This document shows, piece after piece, positions 29,028-38,080 of a DNA stretch of 64,000 nt. The notes beneath the pieces were generated by a model. It was not told the DNA's origin and made no database searches. It worked only from the letters and a program-made list of their open reading frames with translations. Numbering within the stretch: position 1 is the stretch's first letter; the number at the start of each line of letters is the position of its first letter. The position numbers and the translations under genes were made by a program. This stretch comes from Acidobacteriota bacterium (GTDB lineage: Bacteria; Acidobacteriota; Terriglobia; Terriglobales; Acidobacteriaceae), in assembly GCA_021800255.1 (NCBI GenBank), contig JAJYZC010000003.1, positions 44,475 to 108,474 on the forward strand, written 5' to 3'.

Positions 29028-30236
29028 TTGGCAGCTTCACCAGCCCTCGAACGCGACCCGCCTTTGCCGGCTCTTGGAGCCAAGCGGCCGCCTATTGTGG
29101 TGGGCGTCACCCATCCGCAGACCTGCCTGGTGCTGGGCGCGCGCTTACGGGCGCTGCGGGAGGCGGGCTTTCGCGTCACGGTGGTTTCCGGTCCCGGCGA
29201 GTTGCTGGAGCGCACGGCCGCGCGCGCAGGCGTGGAGTGGGTTGCGATTCCCATGCGGCGGGGGATTGCGCCGCTTGCGGATATGCTCTCCTTGCTGCTC
29301 CTGTGGCGGCTGCTGGGCAGGCTGAAGCCGGAGGTAGTGGAATTCAGCACACCCAAGGCGGGACTTTTAGGTACCCTGGCGGCCAGATTGCGCGGCGTTC
29401 GGCGGCGCGTCTACCTGCTGCGCGGGCTGAAGCTGGAAACCACCAGCGGAAGCAAGCGCCGCATCCTGCTGGCGGCCGAGCGGCTGGCCGCCCGGTGCGC
29501 GCACATGGTCTTATGTAACAGCGCAAGCCTGCGCGACCGGGCGCTGGAGCTGCGTCTGGCGCCGCCAGCCAAGTTGCGCCTGCTGGGCTACGGGAGCAGC
29601 AACGGCGTGGACGTGGAGCGGTTTTCGCCGGGACCGTGCGACCTGCGCGAGCGGCTGGGGTTTCGACGCGAAGCTCCAGTGGTGGGCTTCGTGGGCCGGT
29701 TGAGCCGCGACAAAGGGGCGCCGGAGCTGATCGATGCCTTCGACGCCATCCTGGCGGTGGAGCCGCAAGCGCGACTCTTGCTGGTTGGCTGGTTCGATGC
29801 CGGGGAGGATGCGCTGGACGGCCGGCTGCGCGCACGCATTGAGAGGCATCCGGGCATTCATTGCGCCGGCTTGGTTGAGGATACGGCGCCTTATTACCGC
29901 GCCATGGACGTGCTGGTTTTGCCCACTTGGCGGGAGGGGTTTCCGAATGTTGTGCTGGAGGCGGCAGCCACCGGGATTCCCGCCATTACCACACTGTCGA
30001 CGGGCGCGCGCGACGCCGTGGTACACGAGGTGACGGGTCTGCTCATCCCGCCCGGCCGCCCGCAAGCTATCGCCGAAGCCGTGTTGAAGCTGCTCAGCGA
30101 CCCTGAACGGCGGAGGCGCATGGGGCGGGCTGCGCGCGCCTGGGTCATTGAGCACTACACCGAGCAACGGGTTTTGGGGCTCACCACCGCATATTACCGG
30201 AGTTTGGCGGATCCGGCAGCCGCCCAGACAAACTGA
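29028..30236 (+). CDS. GT4 glycosyltransferase (PglA/CapM-like)
   Basis: STPKAGLLG, SSNGVD, GFVGRLSRDKG, PTWREGFPNVVLEA. Confidence 0.9.
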   Translation: MAASPALERDPPLPALGAKRPPIVVGVTHPQTCLVLGARLRALREAGFRVTVVSGPGELLERTAARAGVEWVAIPMRRGIAPLADMLSLLLLWRLLGRLKPEVVEFSTPKAGLLGTLAARLRGVRRRVYLLRGLKLETTSGSKRRILLAAERLAARCAHMVLCNSASLRDRALELRLAPPAKLRLLGYGSSNGVDVERFSPGPCDLRERLGFRREAPVVGFVGRLSRDKGAPELIDAFDAILAVEPQARLLLVGWFDAGEDALDGRLRARIERHPGIHCAGLVEDTAPYYRAMDVLVLPTWREGFPNVVLEAAATGIPAITTLSTGARDAVVHEVTGLLIPPGRPQAIAEAVLKLLSDPERRRRMGRAARAWVIEHYTEQRVLGLTTAYYRSLADPAAAQTN

Positions 30237-30330
30237 AAACGGCGCTTCCCATTTGCCGTTCCAGCGGCGAAGCAGTCACAATCTCTGAGTAAGAAAGATT
30301 CCCGCACACCCCTTTCACGAGGAGAATCGT

Positions 30331-31536
30331 ATGAACGAACCACGGCGGCTGCCGCCCGTCTGGCTGATGGGCCTCACCAACGCTCTCTTTGGGTTCACGG
30401 GCGGATTCGCTGTGGTCACGGCGCCGGAGATGCTGGCGGCACAGGGAGTTCCAGGAGGGCACATTGCGGTCATTACCGCGACGGTTCTCTCGCCGGGTTT
30501 CTGGGCCTTTGCGGTAGCGCCGATGCTCGATGTGCGCTTCAGCCGCAGAAGCTATGCGCTGCTGTTTGGGACTCTGGCGGCCGCGGCCGTGGGTTACACC
30601 GTCTTCAACCACGCGCACCCGGCAATGGTGGAGGGGGTAATGCTCGCCGGCATGGTGGCGGCCACGCTGTATCAGGGCGCGGTGGGCGGGTGGATGGGCA
30701 GCCTGATCTCGAAGGACCAAGACAGCCGGCTGGGCATGTGGTTTGCCGTAGCCAATACCGGCGCCAGCGGGTTGATGATCCTCTTCGCGGGCAGCATTGT
30801 CGAGCACTTTCGGCCCGCCGTGGCGGCTGGGCTGGTGGGCGGGGCAATGCTCGTGCCCATGCTGCTGTTCCTAGCGGTTCCGGCGCCTGGACCGGACCGG
30901 CGGCTGGCGCGCGAGAGCTTTGGCCGCTTCTGGGGCGAGGTAGCGTCGCTGCTGAAGCGGCGGGAGGTGCTGATCGCGCTCACGCTGTTTCTGCTGCCCT
31001 CGGCTTCCTTCGCGCTCACCAACGTGCTGGGCGGAGTGGGCAGAGCCTTTTACGCCAGCCGGAACATGGTGAGCCTGTTTGGCGGTGCGGGCGCGGTGGC
31101 CGCGGGGCTGGCCGGCAGCTTTTTGTTGCAGCCGCTGGCGAAGCGATTCGCGTTGCGCCCCCTTTATCTGGGCGTGGGGATTACCGGCGGCTTGTTCACG
31201 CTCAGCCTGCTGGCTCTGCCACGCGCCGTGTGGACTCTGGGGCTGGCGATGACGGGCGAGAACCTCTTTCAAGCCCTGGCGTTCGCCGTCGGCAACGCCA
31301 TCAGCTTTGAGGTGATCGGCCCGGAGAACCCGCTGGCGGCTACGCTCTTCACGCTGTTGATGGCGGCGGCGAACCTGCCCATCGTGTACATGGGCTATAT
31401 CGACGGCCACGGGTACGACTGGGACGGCGTGACGGGGAGTTTCTTGACCGACGCGAGCATCAGTATCGCCGTCTGCCTGTTTCTCTACTGGGCGCTGCAT
31501 TGCTGGCGGCGGCCTTCAGACTATGTTGAAAGCTAG
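30331..31536 (+). CDS. MFS transporter (AmpG-like)
   Basis: About 12 TM helices; FAVAPMLDVRFSRR; ATLFTLL..AANLPI.YM. Confidence 0.8.
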   Translation: MNEPRRLPPVWLMGLTNALFGFTGGFAVVTAPEMLAAQGVPGGHIAVITATVLSPGFWAFAVAPMLDVRFSRRSYALLFGTLAAAAVGYTVFNHAHPAMVEGVMLAGMVAATLYQGAVGGWMGSLISKDQDSRLGMWFAVANTGASGLMILFAGSIVEHFRPAVAAGLVGGAMLVPMLLFLAVPAPGPDRRLARESFGRFWGEVASLLKRREVLIALTLFLLPSASFALTNVLGGVGRAFYASRNMVSLFGGAGAVAAGLAGSFLLQPLAKRFALRPLYLGVGITGGLFTLSLLALPRAVWTLGLAMTGENLFQALAFAVGNAISFEVIGPENPLAATLFTLLMAAANLPIVYMGYIDGHGYDWDGVTGSFLTDASISIAVCLFLYWALHCWRRPSDYVES

Positions 31537-31597
31537 AAGCTCCAGTAACCTTACCCGCACCTTACCGCACTTTCAGCGTTCGCTTATCTCCACCAAG

Positions 31598-31626
31598 AAA
31601 AAGGCGGTAGCCGAAGCCGCCGCCTT
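31598..31626 (-). terminator. Intrinsic terminator after the TonB-dependent receptor gene
   Basis: Minus strand AAGGCGGCGGC-TTCG-GCTACCGCCTT followed by TTT. Confidence 0.7.
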
Positions 31627-31646
31627 GACCTCAGAGCCATCAGGTC

Positions 31647-34600
31647 TCAGAAGATCAGCTTGGCCGAGATCTGCAACTGCCGCGGTCCCCATAGGATGCT
31701 GTTGGTCGTATTTGGCTGTGCGAAGTCCTCGTAGGCCGATGACGGTGTATAGGGCCCAATGCAACCGTCAAAGCTCGATCCCGCCGGCACGCTCGCCGTT
31801 GCCGGGCAACTGCTGCCCTTGGCTCCGGGCGCGAAGTACTGCGCATAGGTCGAGTTCACGCCCGCAATAATCTTTTGATTAAGCAGGTTGAATGCTTCGC
31901 CGATGACTTGAAAGGACGCCCGCTCATGAATGGGAATATCGCGGGTAACCCGGAAGTCGATGTCTCGCAATCCAGGGCCTGGCTGGCTGTTGCGCTGAAT
32001 CTCCGGCGGCCGGCCCATGGTGGGCGCGCCCGAGCCCGAGCTCATCGCTCCGCCGTAAATTCCGCCGTCGGCCTGCGCCGTAGCGCCTGAACCCGCCGGA
32101 ACCGAGCCAGCCACGCCGGCTACGATCGGCAGCCCCGTCGACTCGGTCGCGGATCCCGAGAAGACAAACCCGTCCAGCCCCTGTTTCATCCAAGGATTGC
32201 CCTGCATGAACATGGGCTGCCACACCAAAGTGCCCGTGAAGCGGTTGCGCATGTCCAGGTCGGAACGTCCATACTCGGCCATCAGGTTGTTGGGGTCCAG
32301 CACCGGATTGCCCCCATAGAACGTACCGTAGGTGCCGGCAACCTGATCATCGTCCATGGCCCTCGCCCAGGTGTAGTTGAGCAGCACCTCCAGCCCGTGA
32401 TCGTACTGCCGGTGCACGGTAACTGCCATCGAGTTGTACCACGAGTTGGCCACGCTGAAGCCGGTATTGAGCGAGGTCAAGGAGGGGTCGATCCGGTCCG
32501 ACACCAAATAGTACGGCACCGTTACCAGCGGCATGGCCCCATTCGGGTACTTGATGTAAAACGAGTGCAACCCGTGCGGCTTCTGTCCCACCAGGTTGGC
32601 ATCGATAAATACCGGCAGCCGCTGTGCCCGCGACCCCACGTAGCCGATGGAAAGCATCATCTGCCCCGGCAGCGCCTGCTCCACCGCCAAGGAGAACTCG
32701 TAGGCCAGCGGCGGTACAAAGTCCGGCGACAGTCCGTGGAAGCTGGAGCTCGCCGGTGCGCTCTCGCTCGTCACCTGAGGCCCCGTTCCTCCGCTGGGAT
32801 AAATCGCTTGGCTCAGCGGCGGCCCGGTCGCGGGGAAAGGAACGTTGGGGAATTTCAGCGCCGGTTGGTTCGACGCCGTGCACGCCCCGCTGCAGCCCAA
32901 GTAGTTGTAGTTGATCTGGTACTCGCCGTTCTCCACACGCATTGCGTAGTAGGTGCTGCCCTGGTTCAGCGCCGAGAAAACGCCGAACCCTCCGCGCAGG
33001 ACCGTTCCCGGCACGGGGTTCCACGCGAAGCCAATGCGTGGCTGTACCCGGTCCTCCACATTCTTGATGGTCGTGTTGTACTTGGTGGCCAGCGCCGATG
33101 ACGTGTTGGGGATGGCCGGCGGCGGCGTCAACTGCAGGTCGTAACGCACCCCCAGGTTCAGGGTCACCAACGGGCTTACCTTCCAGGTATCCTCAGCAAA
33201 TCCGTCGTACATCTTCATCCAGAAATTGTCTGACCCGGCCAAGCCCGACGATACCGGGTGCTGCTTGTCGATGGTCTGCACAAAGGTGTAGTAATGAGAG
33301 CCCGCATAGGGATCCGTGTCCCCTGCCTGACCCGCGAATGCGTCCTGCACCCAGTTCTGGAACTCCTGGGTAATCGTCCCCGTGTAGTTGTACAGGCCAC
33401 CGCCCTGATAGAGATCGATCATCACCTCGTGCACCAGGTTGATATCTCCGCCGAACTTGAACGTGTGTCTGTCCTGCACCTTCGTGAATACGTCCGTGAT
33501 TTGGTAGCGGTGCTCGTCTGGCTCCGCCTTGCGGGGCAAGGCATTGGGCATTCCGTAGGTTTCCACGCCCATCCCCACGCTCGGTCCGGGCGCATTTGCC
33601 CCCGCCGTCTCCAGGTCGCGTCCCCACTGGAACATCAGGTCGTTGACCGCGGTGTTGGTGATCGTCGAAGTCCAGTGGGTAACAAAGAATCGCTCATGAT
33701 AGCTGGTGGGCGCATTGGTGCTCGGCGACGAGTTGGAAAAGGTCGGGCTCGGGTTGTACCCATAGGTGGTGTCGAAGTCCGCATAGTTGAAGTCCGCGTA
33801 GATGAGGTTCTTGCTGTTCAACTGATAGTCTACGCGCGGAAACAGGAGCGTCTCCTTGGCGAACCGCGACGGCGCAGCCTGCTGGCCGAGCAGAAACTTG
33901 ATCGCCGACGTACACTGCGCGCCGGTGATGGTCGCCGGGCACTGGGTTGGCGTTACGTCGGTGCTGCTCGTATACGTTCCCGCCGGCGTCAGCGACACGT
34001 TGTCGGTCTCGTAGTAGAGTGCCCGGCCCACGCGCCGGAAGTTGTCTGAGGTCAGAAAGTAAAAGAGCTTACCCTTCTTGAAAGGTCCGCCCACGCTCCC
34101 GCCAAACTCCTGCTGCTGGTGAATGGGCTGCGTCAGCAAGAATGAAACGGCGTGGTTGTACAGCACCGACCACTTGCTATAAGGATCCAGCGCATTCAGG
34201 CTGGGATAGCGCAAGTAGTAGAACAGGTCCCCGTGCAGCGTATCCGTGCCGCTTTTGGTGATCGCGTTCACCACACCCCCCGCCGCCTGCCCGAACTCCG
34301 CCGAGTAATCCGACGTCTCCGTCTGGAACTCCTTGATCGAGTCCAGACTGTAAACAAACGGCGCCCCCGACGCCCTGCCCCGCGCTTCGCTGAACAGCAT
34401 CTCGTTGTTGTTCGCTCCATCCACGTAGTTCTCGTTATAGAGTCCGCTGATGCCGTGGAAGCTCACCAGGCCACTGGTGCCGTCCTCGACCACGTTCGGC
34501 GCCAGCAGCACAAAATCGCTCCAGTTGCGCCCATTCACGGGCAGGTTACGAATGATCGCCTGGTCCACTACCTGCGAAACCTGCGTCTGCTCCACGTCCA

Positions 34601-35006
34601 GCAGAGGCGTCGTTGCTGAGACCTCGACAGTGGTGGAGGCGGACCTCACCTTCAGCGTCAGATTCACCGTCAGCGTTTGGCCCACCAGCAACGTCAGATT
34701 CTCCGCCTCCACGGTTCCAAAATTATTCGCGGTGGCTGAAACCACATACCGTCCCGGGGTTAGAAAGGGCGCCGCGTAGAGGCCCGCCGAGTTTGTCGTA
34801 AATATGTGGGCGATTCCTGTATCCAAGTCCATAACCGTCACCTTTGCGCCGGCAATCACGGCGTGGCTGACATCGGTTACAGTTCCCGTTATTTGGCCCG
34901 CAGCCGAAGTTTGCGCTCTGGCAGGTCTGGCGGTGAACGCGGCGATGAATCCCACCGCCAGAAGGATGCCGATGAGACACTTAAAGAACCTGAGATAGTG
35001 CGTCAA
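31647..35006 (-). CDS. TonB-dependent receptor with carboxypeptidase-regulatory N-domain (Oar-like)
   Basis: Signal peptide, GQITGTVTD, LPVNGRNW, AEFGQAAGGVVNAITKSGT, GPRQLQISAKLIF end. Confidence 0.92.
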   Translation of the reverse strand: MTHYLRFFKCLIGILLAVGFIAAFTARPARAQTSAAGQITGTVTDVSHAVIAGAKVTVMDLDTGIAHIFTTNSAGLYAAPFLTPGRYVVSATANNFGTVEAENLTLLVGQTLTVNLTLKVRSASTTVEVSATTPLLDVEQTQVSQVVDQAIIRNLPVNGRNWSDFVLLAPNVVEDGTSGLVSFHGISGLYNENYVDGANNNEMLFSEARGRASGAPFVYSLDSIKEFQTETSDYSAEFGQAAGGVVNAITKSGTDTLHGDLFYYLRYPSLNALDPYSKWSVLYNHAVSFLLTQPIHQQQEFGGSVGGPFKKGKLFYFLTSDNFRRVGRALYYETDNVSLTPAGTYTSSTDVTPTQCPATITGAQCTSAIKFLLGQQAAPSRFAKETLLFPRVDYQLNSKNLIYADFNYADFDTTYGYNPSPTFSNSSPSTNAPTSYHERFFVTHWTSTITNTAVNDLMFQWGRDLETAGANAPGPSVGMGVETYGMPNALPRKAEPDEHRYQITDVFTKVQDRHTFKFGGDINLVHEVMIDLYQGGGLYNYTGTITQEFQNWVQDAFAGQAGDTDPYAGSHYYTFVQTIDKQHPVSSGLAGSDNFWMKMYDGFAEDTWKVSPLVTLNLGVRYDLQLTPPPAIPNTSSALATKYNTTIKNVEDRVQPRIGFAWNPVPGTVLRGGFGVFSALNQGSTYYAMRVENGEYQINYNYLGCSGACTASNQPALKFPNVPFPATGPPLSQAIYPSGGTGPQVTSESAPASSSFHGLSPDFVPPLAYEFSLAVEQALPGQMMLSIGYVGSRAQRLPVFIDANLVGQKPHGLHSFYIKYPNGAMPLVTVPYYLVSDRIDPSLTSLNTGFSVANSWYNSMAVTVHRQYDHGLEVLLNYTWARAMDDDQVAGTYGTFYGGNPVLDPNNLMAEYGRSDLDMRNRFTGTLVWQPMFMQGNPWMKQGLDGFVFSGSATESTGLPIVAGVAGSVPAGSGATAQADGGIYGGAMSSGSGAPTMGRPPEIQRNSQPGPGLRDIDFRVTRDIPIHERASFQVIGEAFNLLNQKIIAGVNSTYAQYFAPGAKGSSCPATASVPAGSSFDGCIGPYTPSSAYEDFAQPNTTNSILWGPRQLQISAKLIF

Positions 35007-35201
35007 GGTAGGGCTCTCCTATCTACAACCAAGTTTTTTTACAGGATTCTGCGTGGAGAATAGCCCGGCAGGGAAAGAAAGTCAATTTGTGGATTTCATT
35101 TTTATTTTCTTAATATCTGGAATAGCAACCTTATCTTGAAGGCATCGCGCAGTGTAATCTTCGTCCCAGTGCGAGAGGCTACGGCCGCCGGTCAGCCAGC
35201 C

Positions 35202-37352
35202 TCAGTCCGCGGCGGTGGCTCTGTTCTGAGCAAGCCTGGCAGCCGCAGCGGACCGGCGCGGCTTGGGGATTGCATCCAGGCCGGTTTTGCCTTCAGCCAA
35301 CTGGAGGAGGAAGTCCTGGCTGGAGAATGCCGGAGCGTCCTTGAGCAGCTTGCCGGCGCGGATGTAGTTGCCGTCGGGCTGCTGGAGGCGAGCCTTGACC
35401 GTGTCGGCCAGGGAGGCGGGCAGAATCTCATCGTGAATGCGCGCCAGAGCGGCCGCATCGCGGACCGGGAAGGCCACCTCGCAACGCTCGAAGAGATTGC
35501 GCGGCATCCAGTCGGCTGAACCGACGTAGATCTCATCCTCGCCGCCATTGGCGAAGTGAAAGATGCGGGAGTGCTCAAGGAAGCGGCCGACGATGGAGCG
35601 TACGCGAATCCTCTCTGAAAGCCCTTTGACGCCGGGGCGCAGAATGGAGAGGCCGCGAACGATGAGGTCGATCTCGACGCCGGCCTGCGAGGCCTGATAG
35701 AGCGCCCGGATAATCGACGGCTCGAGCAGCGAGTTCATCTTGGCGACGATGTGGGCGGGCCGTCCGGCCTGGGCGTGCTCCTGCTCGCGGCGGATGAGGC
35801 GCAAAAAACTCTCCGCCATGGTGAGCGGCGCCACGAGAAGCGGGCTGTAGTCGTCGATCTCGGCGTGCGCGGTCAGGTAATTGAAGACCATGTGGACGCG
35901 CTCGGCGATCTGCGGATCGGCAGTGAGCAGGCTCAGATCGGTATAGAAGCGCGCGGTCACGGGATTGTAGTTGCCGGTGCCTAGGTGGCAGTAGCGGCGG
36001 GTTTGGCCGTCTTCGTCGCGGCGCACCAGCAGGGCCAGCTTGCAGTGAGTCTTCAGGCCGACCACGCCGTGAAAGACCTGCACGCCCGCATCCTCCATGC
36101 TGCGCGCCCAGCGGATGTTGGAAGCCTCGTCGAAGCGCGCCATCAGCTCGACGACGACGGTAGCTTCCTTGCTGGCGCCGGCCTCAGTGAGCGCATGAAA
36201 CATGGGCGAGTCCTCGCTGGTGCGGTAGAGGGTCTGCTTCATGGTCACGACGGCGGGGTCCTGCGCGCCCTGTTGGATGAAGTTCACCACCGGGTCGTAA
36301 GAATCGTAGGGGTGGTGAAGCAGAATGTCACGATGACGCAGCTCCTCGAAGATGCCGGCCGATTTGCGGGTGAGCAGCAGGGGCTTGGGTGTGAAGGGCT
36401 GAAACTTCAAGTCCGGCCGCGGCACATCGTCGTAGAAGAACATCAGCCGGGAAAGGTTCACCGGACCATCGCAAGGGAAGATATGCTCCTCAGAGATCTC
36501 AAAGTTGACGCGCAGACGCTCGACGATCTCCGCATCCGCGCCGGTCTCGATTTCGAGGCGCACAGCATCGCCCTTGCGGCGGTTGTGCAGCTCCACGCGA
36601 ATGGTTTCCAGCAGCGAGCGCGCTTCTTCCTCCTCAAAGTAGAGGTTGGAGTTGCGAGTGACGCGGAAGGCAGCCTGCGCTAGCACCTGGTAACCGCGGT
36701 ACATGCCGGCGAGGTGCTGCGCGATCAGGTCTTGGAGCAAGAGGTAATGGGAGCAGCCGGCGGCGGCCGGCAAGCGGACAAAGCGCGGCAGCGCCCGCGG
36801 CACAGTGACCACGCCCAGCACGCGCGGAGCGGAGCTGCGCCGCTTGGCGCGCAACAAAAGCGCCAGGCAAAGCGCCTTATTGATGACGCGGGGAAAGGGA
36901 TGGGCAGGGTCAATCGAGATGGGCGTCAGCAGCGGGTCGACTTCGCGTTGAAAATAGCTCCGTGCGAAGGCTCGCGCCTCTTCGTCCAGATCGTCCCACT
37001 CCAGCAGCCGCACTCCCTGTTTGCCGAGCTCGGGCAGCAGTTGCTGGTTCCAGCAGCGGTACTGCGCGGCCACAAAGGTGTGCATCTCGGCAGTCAGGAC
37101 GGCCAGGGCTTCATCGGGGCGCAAGCCGTCGTAGCCCGGCTCGCGGTCGCCGTCTTCAATGCGCTGCATTAGGCCGGCTTGGCGCACCTCGACGTACTCA
37201 TCAAGGTTAGAGGCGGTGATGGCCAGGAACTTGACGCGCTCCAGCAGCGGGTTGGAGGGGTCTTCGGCTTCTTCGAGAACACGCCGGTTGAACTGCATCC
37301 AGGAGTAGTCCCGGCCGTTGAAGAGCTTTACTTTCTGCGCCGTTCTGGCCAT
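35202..37352 (-). CDS. ppk1: Polyphosphate kinase 1
   Basis: FNRRVLEEA, LERVKFLAI, HPFP, KQTLYRT, ELMARFDE, LKTHCK, GTGNYN, RFLEHSR. Confidence 0.96.
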   Translation of the reverse strand: MARTAQKVKLFNGRDYSWMQFNRRVLEEAEDPSNPLLERVKFLAITASNLDEYVEVRQAGLMQRIEDGDREPGYDGLRPDEALAVLTAEMHTFVAAQYRCWNQQLLPELGKQGVRLLEWDDLDEEARAFARSYFQREVDPLLTPISIDPAHPFPRVINKALCLALLLRAKRRSSAPRVLGVVTVPRALPRFVRLPAAAGCSHYLLLQDLIAQHLAGMYRGYQVLAQAAFRVTRNSNLYFEEEEARSLLETIRVELHNRRKGDAVRLEIETGADAEIVERLRVNFEISEEHIFPCDGPVNLSRLMFFYDDVPRPDLKFQPFTPKPLLLTRKSAGIFEELRHRDILLHHPYDSYDPVVNFIQQGAQDPAVVTMKQTLYRTSEDSPMFHALTEAGASKEATVVVELMARFDEASNIRWARSMEDAGVQVFHGVVGLKTHCKLALLVRRDEDGQTRRYCHLGTGNYNPVTARFYTDLSLLTADPQIAERVHMVFNYLTAHAEIDDYSPLLVAPLTMAESFLRLIRREQEHAQAGRPAHIVAKMNSLLEPSIIRALYQASQAGVEIDLIVRGLSILRPGVKGLSERIRVRSIVGRFLEHSRIFHFANGGEDEIYVGSADWMPRNLFERCEVAFPVRDAAALARIHDEILPASLADTVKARLQQPDGNYIRAGKLLKDAPAFSSQDFLLQLAEGKTGLDAIPKPRRSAAAARLAQNRATAAD

Positions 37353-37440
37353 TGATCAATCCAGTAAGCCGTGTTGGCAGTCTACAGCGTTTGGGGGCGA
37401 AAACGGAACGGAGGCATCCGTCCCGGCGGTGCGCTCGCCT

Positions 37441-37462
37441 GCCCAGATCCTATCTGGGCACC
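37441..37462 (-). repeat. Short REP-like palindrome with GGTG foot
   Basis: GCCCAGAT-CCT-ATCTGGGC-ACC perfect 8-bp stem; same end pattern as 39225-39255. Confidence 0.5.
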
Positions 37463-37498
37463 GGCGCGCATAAGATGGAGTGCGGAGGCGCAGTGCTT

Positions 37499-37963
37499 AT
37501 GTTTACGCCGCAGCCGATTGCCTACGTACACACGCCGTTCAAGGAAACCGCAACTATTCCCAAGGGACTGGGCGCCAAACACGAGGCCGAAGGCGTGATC
37601 GAGTTGCTGCGCGAGTTCGAGCCGGGGCTCGCCGACATCGAAGGCTTCTCGCACCTGTTCGTGCTCTGGGAGTTTGACCGTTCCGAGGGCTTCGATCTCA
37701 TCGCCCATCCGCCCACGGACGAGCGCCGTCCGCACGGCGTCTTCGCTACCCGCTCGCCGCGCCGTCCCAACCCCATCGGCCTTACCGTGGTCGAGCTGCT
37801 GCGCCGCGACGGAGCTTTGCTCCACGTGCGCGGGGTGGATATGCTCGACGGCACGCCGGTCCTCGACATCAAACCCTATCTCTCCAGCATTCGAGCCGAG
37901 AAACTGCGGCGCGGCTGGCTGGCGGAAGCGGAGAAAAGACAGGCAATAGGCAATAGGCAATAG
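37499..37963 (+). CDS. trmO: tRNA (N6-threonylcarbamoyladenosine)-methyltransferase TrmO/TsaA
   Basis: GVFATRSPRRPNPIGLT, VDMLDGTPVLDIKPY. Confidence 0.9.
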   Translation: MFTPQPIAYVHTPFKETATIPKGLGAKHEAEGVIELLREFEPGLADIEGFSHLFVLWEFDRSEGFDLIAHPPTDERRPHGVFATRSPRRPNPIGLTVVELLRRDGALLHVRGVDMLDGTPVLDIKPYLSSIRAEKLRRGWLAEAEKRQAIGNRQ

Positions 37964-37970
37964 GCAATAG
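37941..37970 (+). repeat. Heptamer tandem array (AGGCAAT)x4 across the trmO stop
   Basis: aggcaataggcaataggcaataggcaatag read directly. Confidence 0.9.
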
Positions 37971-38080
37971 AAAGACGGCGGAGAAAACATTGATTTCGAT
38001 GATCTTTCAACTTCGCTCTTTTGATTTTGTGCGAGGACCGTCGCCGACAACTTCCTCGGCCATCGCGCGGGTCCCTGCTC

